The notes beneath the pieces are model-generated. The model was not told the DNA's origin, did not search any database, and saw nothing but the letters and a program-made list of their open reading frames with translations. From a virus, in IMG/VR virus record IMGVR_UViG_3300027741_000020: a stretch of 64,000 nucleotides of DNA; one strand, written 5' to 3'. The translations under genes were made by a program, and so were the position numbers. Numbering within the stretch: position 1 is the stretch's first letter; every line of letters begins with the position of its first letter. Positions 8,736-18,500 of the stretch are shown in pieces.

Positions 8736-9176
8736 ATGGCAAGAACATTAGGTAAAGTCAATGTAGCAGATTTAGCTGAGAATAATTATAAAGTATTAGG
8801 TATTTCTATAAATAGAACATCTAATACTGGTGGCCCGTTTGCCGTAAACTACAGTACGATAGAGCAGGCAAAGAGTAATCTGATTAACCTAATAATGACA
8901 CGTAAAGGTGAAAGACTTCATCAGTCTGATTATGGTTGTGATATATGGAAAATATTATTTGAGAATATCGTACCTGATGAGATTGATATTAAAGTGGAGC
9001 AAGTAATAACAGATGCAGTTACAACGTGGCTACCATATATTACTATAAACCAAATTATTTTAGATTATGATGATAAAGATGTGGATAGAAATATGTTCAC
9101 AATTGAATTAACTTTCTACCTTTCATCTAATCCAAATATAGGCGGACAACTAACATTAAATATAAATAATCAATAA
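8736..9176 (+). CDS. gp25: Baseplate wedge subunit gp25-like
   Basis: QAKSNLINLIMTRKGERLHQSDYGCDIWKILFE...WLPYITI. Confidence 0.9.
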   Translation: MARTLGKVNVADLAENNYKVLGISINRTSNTGGPFAVNYSTIEQAKSNLINLIMTRKGERLHQSDYGCDIWKILFENIVPDEIDIKVEQVITDAVTTWLPYITINQIILDYDDKDVDRNMFTIELTFYLSSNPNIGGQLTLNINNQ

Positions 9177-11203
9177 TGAGTATAAACAGTACAAAAAAAT
9201 CATTTGGAGCTAATAGGTCTATAAATTATGTCGGTAAAGATTTTCAACAACTAAGACAGAATTTAATAGACTATACTCAAACTTATTTTCCTAACGTATA
9301 TTCCGATTTCAATGAGGCTTCTCCTGGTATGGTGTTTATCGAAATGGCATCGTATATAGGCGATGTATTATCATACTATCAAGACGCTCAATTAAAAGAA
9401 TCTTTACTAATCCATGCCACCGAAAGAAAGAATGTAATTGCTATAGCTCAATCATTGGGATATAAGCCAACGATATCTACTCCTGCTGTAACAAATATAA
9501 CTATCTATCAATTAGTTCCTTCAATTGGTAGTGGTGTCAATAACGCACCGGATTCGCATTATTACTTAAAGATAAAAGATGGAATGCAAGTAGTATCGAC
9601 TACAAATCCAAATATAATATTTAGGACAACCGACTATGTGGATTTTGCATCTGAAACGGATAGAGAGATTAGTATTTATAGTAGGGACCAAACAACTGGT
9701 GAACCAGTATTATATTTGGCTACTAAAAAAGTTAAAGCAATTTCAGCTAGAGAGGTAACTACAACTGTATCGTTTCCTAATAATGCGGTAGATTATCCGT
9801 TTACCACAATATCAGCCGATAAGCTTATTGGTATATCATCTGTCGTTGAAAATGGTTCTAATCAGAAATATTATGAAGTTCCGTACTTAGCACAAGATAT
9901 GGTATTTTTAGATAAACCAAATATCTCAACTAATAGTGAATATTCTATTTATAAGGATAGTGTACCGTTTATGTTGGAACTTAAAAGAGTACCACATAGA
10001 TTTTCCACAAAAGTTAATGCTGATAATACAATTGATATTCAATTTGGTAGCGGTGATACTTCTATAAATGATGAACACATATTACCAAGTACAAAAAACT
10101 TTGGATTAGGATTGGCCAGTTCAATTAATAGAATAAATGATTTAGCAATAGACCCTTCAAACTTTTTAAAAACAAATACATTTGGAATCGCACCGGCTGG
10201 TAAAACATTAACTATAAAATATTTAGTAGGTGGTGGTGTTGAGGCAAACGTTAATACTGGTGACTTGGTTAAAATTGATAAAATAGAATTTGATGAAGAT
10301 ATACTATCAGTTGATAATTTGAATTTATACTCTACAATAAAAGCATCGGTAGCTGCAGAAAATTTAGAACCAGCAATAGGTGGTAGAGGTGCAGAAGAAT
10401 TGGAAGAGATACGCCAGAATGCATTGGCAACATTTGGTTCTCAAAATCGTGCAGTAACTAAACAAGATTATACGGTTAGAGCATTAAGTATGCCAGAAAA
10501 ATATGGATCACTTGCAAAAGTATATGTATCTGCGGATAGTGAGATTGATACGGCTTCGCCTCAGGCGGTATTGGCAAATCCAAAAACAATTGCAGAATTT
10601 ACAAACTTAGTTGATTCGTTAAAGGGAATGACTAAAGCCGATATTCAATCAAATCTTGTTAAGTTTATATCTTCAAAAAAAGATGTAAAAGCAAGTGCTA
10701 ATAACCCGTTTGCTATTAACTTATATACATTATCATATGATAGTAATAAAAATCTAACACATTCTAATCTTGCAATTAAACAAAATCTACAAACATATCT
10801 AAATGATTATAGAATGATTACCGATTCTGTTAATATAATAGATGGATTTATTGTAAACATTGGGTGTGATTTTGAAATAATATGCTATTCAAACTATAAC
10901 AAAAAAGAAGTTATAAGCAAATGTTTGACTGAGATTCAAAACTATTTTAATATAGATAATTGGTCGTTTAATAAGCCAATAAATCTTTCTGAAATTGAAT
11001 TGACATTAGCAAATGTGGAAGGCGTTATGAGTGTACCATCTGTTCATATATACAATTTATGTGGAAATGATGGAAATGGTTACTCGCCTAATAATTATGA
11101 TATAAAGCAAGCCACATTAGGTAAAGTAATATACCCATCATTAGACCCTTGCATATTTGAAGTAAAATATCCTAATAAAGATATAAAAGGAAGAGCATTG
11201 TAA
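9176..11203 (+). CDS. gp6: Baseplate wedge subunit gp6-like (baseplate J)
   Basis: NYVGKDFQQLRQNL, DFNEASPGMVFIE, IQFGSG, GGRGAEELEEIR, QNRAVTKQDY. Confidence 0.9.
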   Translation: MSINSTKKSFGANRSINYVGKDFQQLRQNLIDYTQTYFPNVYSDFNEASPGMVFIEMASYIGDVLSYYQDAQLKESLLIHATERKNVIAIAQSLGYKPTISTPAVTNITIYQLVPSIGSGVNNAPDSHYYLKIKDGMQVVSTTNPNIIFRTTDYVDFASETDREISIYSRDQTTGEPVLYLATKKVKAISAREVTTTVSFPNNAVDYPFTTISADKLIGISSVVENGSNQKYYEVPYLAQDMVFLDKPNISTNSEYSIYKDSVPFMLELKRVPHRFSTKVNADNTIDIQFGSGDTSINDEHILPSTKNFGLGLASSINRINDLAIDPSNFLKTNTFGIAPAGKTLTIKYLVGGGVEANVNTGDLVKIDKIEFDEDILSVDNLNLYSTIKASVAAENLEPAIGGRGAEELEEIRQNALATFGSQNRAVTKQDYTVRALSMPEKYGSLAKVYVSADSEIDTASPQAVLANPKTIAEFTNLVDSLKGMTKADIQSNLVKFISSKKDVKASANNPFAINLYTLSYDSNKNLTHSNLAIKQNLQTYLNDYRMITDSVNIIDGFIVNIGCDFEIICYSNYNKKEVISKCLTEIQNYFNIDNWSFNKPINLSEIELTLANVEGVMSVPSVHIYNLCGNDGNGYSPNNYDIKQATLGKVIYPSLDPCIFEVKYPNKDIKGRAL

Positions 11204-11239
11204 TGAAATCTCAATCATATAAAACTAACTTATACTATA

Positions 11240-12352
11240 ATGCATAAATTTTATACAGCATCATATGATGCATCGGTTTACCTACAACAACCGACTAAAA
11301 ACACAGGTAGGGATGAAATAATAGAAGTAGGCAAATTCTATTATAATGGTACTATATATGACATCGGTCGTACATTGATAAAATTTGATATAAATAGTAT
11401 TTCAAGTTCGATAGCTAGTGGAGAGATTTCGGGAAGTTGGAAAGCTTACTTAAATTTAAAAGCAGCACATTCAGAAGGTATTCCATTAGAATATACAATA
11501 TATGGAAATGCGGTATCGCAAAGTTGGGCAATGGGACAATTTACAAAATTTGATACAGGATCAGTAAGTACGCAATTATCAGCAAGTGTACAGCAAGGTG
11601 TAAGCTGGCGATATCGTGATGGAGTATCTCTATGGCAAGCAAATACAATTGGCGGTACTGCTGTTTTCGCTCCTGGCACAACCGGATCGGCAAATGCGGA
11701 GGGCGGTACTTGGTATACGGGTTCGCAAGCATCGCAATCATATAGCTATAATGTAGATGATGTACATATGGATGTCACTGGTATATTTAATTTTTGGTTA
11801 AGTGGTTCAATTCAAAACAACGGAATTATATTAAGACATGCATTAAATGTAGAACAAGATAGTCTTGATTATGGCATTCTTAAATTCTTTTCAAAAGAAT
11901 CAAATACTATATACGAACCTAAATTAGAAATTGTATGGGATGATAGTATAATTAATACAGGAAGTTTATCCCCGGTTACAGGATATGCCGAAGATAATTA
12001 TAAAGTTGTTTTAACTAATCTTAAATCAAAGTATCAATCTAATACAAAAGTTATGATACGAGTTAAGGGTAGAGATAAATATCCTTTAAAATCATTTAGT
12101 ACAGTATTTGAATACGACCAATCAAAATACTTACCAACTACTACATATTATCAATTAGAAGATTATATTACTGGTGAAATAATTATTCCATTTGATAGTT
12201 ATTCAAAAGTAAGTTGTGACTCTACTAGTAATTATTTTATTTTAGATTTATCAAGTTTACCAATTTTAAGAACTTATAAAATAAAATTAAAAATAGTTGA
12301 TAATAACACAACAACTATAATAGATGATAAATTAATATTTGAAATTATATAA
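11240..12352 (+). CDS. Virion structural protein, baseplate region
   Basis: Beta-rich 370-aa ORF directly after gp6. Confidence 0.6.
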   Translation: MHKFYTASYDASVYLQQPTKNTGRDEIIEVGKFYYNGTIYDIGRTLIKFDINSISSSIASGEISGSWKAYLNLKAAHSEGIPLEYTIYGNAVSQSWAMGQFTKFDTGSVSTQLSASVQQGVSWRYRDGVSLWQANTIGGTAVFAPGTTGSANAEGGTWYTGSQASQSYSYNVDDVHMDVTGIFNFWLSGSIQNNGIILRHALNVEQDSLDYGILKFFSKESNTIYEPKLEIVWDDSIINTGSLSPVTGYAEDNYKVVLTNLKSKYQSNTKVMIRVKGRDKYPLKSFSTVFEYDQSKYLPTTTYYQLEDYITGEIIIPFDSYSKVSCDSTSNYFILDLSSLPILRTYKIKLKIVDNNTTTIIDDKLIFEII

Positions 12353-12354
12353 GA

Positions 12355-13512
12355 ATGCCTATAACCACTTCATTAGAAGCAATAAATCAAAAGTTACAAG
12401 ATGCTAAGGATGCTCAATTAGAAGATATCCTTATGATTTCCGGCTCATCTGCTATTACTAAAAACCAATATGGTGTAACGGTTGTAGACCCCAACGATGC
12501 CGCTTCTTCTTTAATATTTAAACCACTTGTAAAAAGTAAATTAGATAATGTTGAATTAGTAAAAGCAATTGATACCGAAGTAAAAGAGTTAAAGCCAAAT
12601 ATACCAAAATCGGGTGCAGAATTTATACCAAAGACATTATTTGATACACAATTAGCAGAAAATAAAGCACTACTCGATCAGCTTAAAGGGCTTCAAACCG
12701 TTAGAGATCAATTACAATCTACAATAAGCGCATTAACAAGCGATGCTGAAAATCAAAAGAATGAAAAACTTAGCGTACAACAATCAAATATTGCTTTAGC
12801 AAATCAGGGTGCAACTTTAAATCAAACCATAAGCGATTTCACCGTACAAATACAAAGTGCAGTACAAAAATCGGTAGATGAATCTATTTTAAGAGCATCA
12901 TTGCAAGCACAAAATGTAGGATACAAAGCTCAGATTGAAGGGTTGATAAAACAAATTGATTCATTAAATTCAATAATTGAAGGATTGCAATCACAATTGG
13001 GAGCGGTACAGCAACAGCAAGCTATTACAAATTCCACACAAGCTATAGCACTATCGGCTGGTGGTACTGTAATTGGTGGTACGAGTATAATAAAGTTTAA
13101 ATTAAATGATACACCGAGCTTACAGCCGGTTACAGGTAAAATACTTGCCAACAATGTTGATACAAAGTGGGTCAATGGTAGTGAAATAGTTATAAATAAT
13201 TCAGACGTAAATCCAATAAAAGTAGTAGTATCTATTTCACCAAGAGTAACTATCGGTTGGTTAGTAATCAATCAATCAACGGTGACGGTTGCGGCTTCGC
13301 AAACCGAAAATATTAAAATGTCAATTGTGCCAAATAATAATACTGCAAATTTAGATTCAAAAACCACAACCGGTAAGCATGGTAGTACTAGTGGTACTAC
13401 ATCGTATGTAACTAAAGATGGCATTACTATTACTATTACTAAATCCGATGGTACTTCTGCGGAAAAAACATTTGATATATGCTTAATAAAATCACATCCA
13501 GATCAATTCTAA
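12355..13512 (+). CDS. Coiled-coil plus beta-domain structural protein
   Basis: Long Q/L heptad region followed by a beta-rich C-terminus. Confidence 0.6.
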   Translation: MPITTSLEAINQKLQDAKDAQLEDILMISGSSAITKNQYGVTVVDPNDAASSLIFKPLVKSKLDNVELVKAIDTEVKELKPNIPKSGAEFIPKTLFDTQLAENKALLDQLKGLQTVRDQLQSTISALTSDAENQKNEKLSVQQSNIALANQGATLNQTISDFTVQIQSAVQKSVDESILRASLQAQNVGYKAQIEGLIKQIDSLNSIIEGLQSQLGAVQQQQAITNSTQAIALSAGGTVIGGTSIIKFKLNDTPSLQPVTGKILANNVDTKWVNGSEIVINNSDVNPIKVVVSISPRVTIGWLVINQSTVTVAASQTENIKMSIVPNNNTANLDSKTTTGKHGSTSGTTSYVTKDGITITITKSDGTSAEKTFDICLIKSHPDQF

Positions 13513-13524
13513 ATTAAAAAATAA

Positions 13525-15483
13525 ATGAGTATACAACAATATACAAATTTCGTAGACATAGATGTTAAAAAACAAAGTGAAGGACATTTCATTTTGGATA
13601 AGGATTTATTTGTCATAACAAAAAATGAATTTGAAGAAGTGGATTTTGGACATTGTAAGTACGATGTAATGGAAGTCGCAGTATACGATGTTAATAATAA
13701 TTTACTTCCTCAAAAATCCGGAAATAATGTTGCATATATAAAAACCGGAGATATTAAGCATTATTTATATAATACAACAAGTGCTACCAATCAACCGGAA
13801 TTGGCAATAAATGCCGAAAGATTACTAAAAGATTTAGGGTTTTCAAACGGAATACTTAAATTGAATATAAACTTTGTTAGAAATAGATTGGGTACTGATA
13901 ATGTTGATAGACGTGCGTGGATTCAAGAAATATCAGCAACAAGACAAGAAGTTAGAATCTTACCATTAAAAGTTGGCGATACTAATATAACAGATATAAA
14001 TTCAAAAGAAATAAATACTTTACAAAATCTACATAAAGATTTTAAATACTATAAATCCGCATTGTTGAATAGTATCTATTCGTTTGAAAACACATCCTTA
14101 TCAAATATTGATTCTTTTTTACAATCCAAATTTGGTAATGATTTTTTTAATATATTAAAAAAAGATTTTGGTTTAAATAAATTTGAAGATTTCAAAAAAA
14201 GTATAATTGAAGATTTCAATACATCGGTTACATATTATTTAACTAATAAATATTATGATATAGAGGCTGGTACATTTGGCCAAGCGCTACCGCAACCACG
14301 TTTTGAAGACTGTGAGCAATATGATTTCAAAATGATAACAGATGAAATACAAAATATTCTATTTAAGTGTATAAATCATAATTCTGGTTTCTTAAATAGA
14401 ACTCAAATGACTATAAAGGATGTACCAAAAGAGTTTACTATATCGGAGCTACAACACATTACTAAAAATAATTTAGAATCGTTTGCAACTCCTACGATAT
14501 TAACTAATAATGTATACGATCCTACTAAGGTAGATGTTTTATTTAATGACCCTATACAGCCAACGCCGCTAGTTCAAACTTCTTCAATTGATAATCCTAT
14601 CAATACGCATGTAAACATGCCACAAGAAGTTACCGTTAAGCCAAAAAATCCAACATTCTATTATCAAGTAAACAACATAGATTCTGGTATGGTTGGATAT
14701 GTAACGTTTACAAATGCGGGTGGAGATACAATTAGAAAAGTAATATCTTCAAATAAATCTATACAAATTTGCGCAGAAGAAAATACAGTATCATTTTCAT
14801 TTGCAATAGCAACTCAAGATGCCACAATGCATTCCATAATAAAATTGGGAGTATGTTCTGTAGTTGATATAGGTGATGCTATACATCCGAATAATACAAC
14901 TACAACTGTTACGCCTGTTATACGAGATACAACTACTACAAGTACAACTACTACAAGTACAACAAATAGACCAATTGTCACAACAACCACTACTAGATAT
15001 ACTGGAGGTGGCGGTGGCTGCTTTGTTGAGGGCACACGTATAACGTTATCCAATGGTGATACGTTACCAATTGAACAGGTTATAATCGGTATGGAAGTTA
15101 TGACATGGAATGAGCAAAATGGTAAACAGGAAATAGGTGTAGTAACTGATTTAATTAGACCAATGAGTGCTGATATCATATCAATAGATTTATCTACCGA
15201 TTCGATACAATGTACGGATGAACATCCTATATTTGTAATTGGTAAAGGCTGGGCATCTTATAATCCGGTTAAAACAAAACTAATACACAATATGAGTGTA
15301 GAGCTACTATCGGCAGGCGATTTAGTATTAAATAGTTCTAATGAATCAATCGCTATAAATTCAATAGAGCCAATAGTAGTGCTATCAGCTATACAAACAT
15401 ATAATCTAACAATAGCAGAAAATAGTACATATTATGCTAATGGAATATTAGTGCATAATAAAATTGCCAAACAATATATGTAA
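13525..15483 (+). CDS. Baseplate-region protein with poly-Thr linker and C-terminal Hint (intein-like) domain
   Basis: GGGGG/CFVEGT (Cys at 15019), CTDEHPIF block B, TYNLTIAENSTYYANGILVHN block F/G ending 15459. Confidence 0.85.
   Translation: MSIQQYTNFVDIDVKKQSEGHFILDKDLFVITKNEFEEVDFGHCKYDVMEVAVYDVNNNLLPQKSGNNVAYIKTGDIKHYLYNTTSATNQPELAINAERLLKDLGFSNGILKLNINFVRNRLGTDNVDRRAWIQEISATRQEVRILPLKVGDTNITDINSKEINTLQNLHKDFKYYKSALLNSIYSFENTSLSNIDSFLQSKFGNDFFNILKKDFGLNKFEDFKKSIIEDFNTSVTYYLTNKYYDIEAGTFGQALPQPRFEDCEQYDFKMITDEIQNILFKCINHNSGFLNRTQMTIKDVPKEFTISELQHITKNNLESFATPTILTNNVYDPTKVDVLFNDPIQPTPLVQTSSIDNPINTHVNMPQEVTVKPKNPTFYYQVNNIDSGMVGYVTFTNAGGDTIRKVISSNKSIQICAEENTVSFSFAIATQDATMHSIIKLGVCSVVDIGDAIHPNNTTTTVTPVIRDTTTTSTTTTSTTNRPIVTTTTTRYTGGGGGCFVEGTRITLSNGDTLPIEQVIIGMEVMTWNEQNGKQEIGVVTDLIRPMSADIISIDLSTDSIQCTDEHPIFVIGKGWASYNPVKTKLIHNMSVELLSAGDLVLNSSNESIAINSIEPIVVLSAIQTYNLTIAENSTYYANGILVHNKIAKQYM
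14929..14963 (+). repeat. 15-nt tandem repeat encoding TTTTS
   Basis: acaactactacaagt at 14929-14943 and 14944-14958, plus a partial third copy. Confidence 0.8.
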
Positions 15484-15557
15484 TAATGAATAATGTAGTA
15501 TATATAACACCATACTACATAAATTATTTATTAAAATATTTATAATAAAACTAATCA

Positions 15558-18500
15558 ATGGCTATTAATCAAAATAATTCAGGATTTTTTGGTGGTGGGG
15601 CTAACAATAACAGCGGTGGTACAGGCGATGGTCCAGGTTTAGGCGGTGGCGGCGGTACAGGCGCCGGAAGTGGTATAACTAACCTAACAAATAATGCAGG
15701 CGATGGTTCTGGAGGAGGTGGTGGATATACTGGAGGTGGTGTGGTTACGCCAACAACAACGACTACTACAAGTACAACCACTACTACAACTACGCAGCCA
15801 TATCTTCCAACCGGATTTGCAACATCTAAAGGTGATATAATATTAAATTTAACTGCGGATGAAGCTGTTGAATTTTCTTTTATTGATCAGACAGGGTTTC
15901 CTAAATCGTTTGCCATATCAAATACATATCAATTTAAAAGAAACCATTTACAATTTCACGGACCGTATATATTCCGTGCACAAAATACAGGTACAACTTC
16001 TTTAAACCGATTTAGTGTATCAGTTGAGAGGGAGCAAAATACGGCAAAAGAATATTTTTGGATAGTTGAGCAGGAATATAATCCCACAACCCAAACATTT
16101 TCCGTTATAAATGAGAGAAAGATAACTACAAATACGATTGTAGAAGAATTGCATTTTAGATTTAGTAGTGTACAAACCTCTACGACAACTACCACTACAA
16201 CTCAGCCGCAGATTACTACCACTACAACGACTACTACAACAACTACATCTAATCCTGTTGTTAATTATGAGATTGCGTTTGCTACAAATTTTAATAATGA
16301 ATTAGGTAATAATCTTACTCTAAAATATAACATTGTAGATAAAAATGGAAACTCCGTAGATTCGGATAGTATATTATTACAAAATAAAAATACAGATAAT
16401 AAAAAGATTGTAAATAGTATAGCGCTTAATTCTAATGTTAATATCCAATTAATTGGTACGTTTTCATCTGAATACAAATATACGCATATATACTACACCA
16501 ATTCTAGAAATGTAAAATCAATCAATAATGATTTTTCAACATGGACGGAAGTATCGGGGCCAAACTTTACAATACCTGGTAAAGAATTACTAAGTAGTAT
16601 CGCTGTGGTTGCTTTATTTGAAAAGACTTTAATTAATGTTAGCCCGATACTTACTTTGGATACTTCTTCATTTGATGTAGAAGTAAAGGAGTCCGATACG
16701 GATAAGCAAATAAACATACCATTCAGCGTAAAACAAGCTGATTTTGTTGATGTTTATATTACCAAAGATAATATTATTAGAGTTCCTGCAAATAATGGAT
16801 TTGCTAATTTATTTTTCAAAAAAGATTTTGGTGGAATATATGGTAGTAAACGAATAGTATTTGTACCAGTTAATAACACATATGGCACTGGTAATAAAGT
16901 TGAGGTTATTATTAATTTTAAACTTGTTAATGATTTTCCAAGCATAGTTCAAATATTATATCCTACGAATGTAGAAGTTCCTTCATTTTCAGATGGTAAT
17001 ATAGATTGGGAAATACATTACCAATCATTTGCGGCAACAAGTGTTGATGTTGATTTATTAGCAAGAGATAAAAGTCGTATTCCTTTATTTAAAAATTTAA
17101 AACCAAATGATTCTTTTAAAATAAATCTAAAAGAATTAGGTAATAAGTTTTCTAATTGGAATGGTAATGATACAATAACGCTCGTATTTAGACCTATTAA
17201 TAGAGGTGGTGAGCATGAATTAATTGGTAATGAATATGAAGTTATAACATCTATAGTATATCCTAAAATACAATTAGATGAAGATATAATAAGAAAGTCT
17301 ATCTTTGATGCATTCATGGATAAACTTAAGTTTACAGAGCCTGAATTAGAAAGTAAATATCTTACACACTTACTTAATTTTGGCGATGACCAGCATTTAT
17401 TAATTTCGTCGTGGGAAGAAGATAATTGGACTCTATCAGATAAGCAGACTGATGAATTAGGAAATGTTACGGTAACGAATGAGGTAAAATCTTTAATACT
17501 AAAATTATACTCGCCGCTACCTGCTGAATATCAAACAAATCAAACTGTTTGGGTTACGAAGTTAATGACTAATCCATTAGTTGAAACGATTATTTTAAAT
17601 GAGGAAAGTAATATTGAATGTCCTAATATAAAAGGGCCCAATTTTAATATAGATGTAGATTACATAAAAGGTGCATCTACAACATTTGAATCATTGGATA
17701 GTTTAATACTATCGGCAACTTCATCTGCGGAACTTATAAGCACATATTTAAGTTCGTCTTTTACAAATACCGATGACTTAAATATACAATATGTAAGCGG
17801 ATCTCTTACTTCAAATCCATCGGGTTCATTATTAAAAAACGGAATAATAATTGATTCATTTGCATATGATGGCGTATATCAATGGGATAATTTTGTACAC
17901 TTTAGTTCGGCTAAAGATAGAGTTGATAATTTTGTTTATAAAGTACAACTCATAGAAAGCTATAATACAGCCATAGTAAAAGCATCTACAAATTATACAG
18001 GAGGTGGTGGAGCATATTATACAGCATCGGTTGCATCGACTCAAGAAGTACAAAGACAGCAATCCAAAAAATCAAAAATTATTCAAAGCTTTGATGGATT
18101 TGAAAAATTCTTATATACATATTCTGCCGATTATTCAAACGCAAATTCAAGTTCAATTACGTGGCCAATACAAAATGGCGCATTGTTGGCATCAACTACC
18201 AACGTAGTGATTGGTTGGTATAATAATATAATAAACATAGCATCGGATTATGATAAAACAAATACAAACCATTTATTAAATAATATACCGCAATATATTT
18301 TAGCAAATGAGAATAATGATAATTATCTATTATTCTTTTCAATGATTGGACACCACTTTGATAATATTTACTATTATACAAAAGCAGTTGAAAGAGGTAG
18401 GGGTCTTGGATACAAATCTAAAAATGGTATTACTGATAGATTATTATTCGATGTATTAAAATCATTAAGTTGGGATGCAAAACATTTATCTCCGAATACG

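Noticed and set aside
15019-15459. Canonical splicing intein with homing endonuclease
   Set aside because: Only 147 aa, no LAGLIDADG/HNH, the +1 residue is Lys and the C-extein is 7 aa; treated as a BIL-type Hint.
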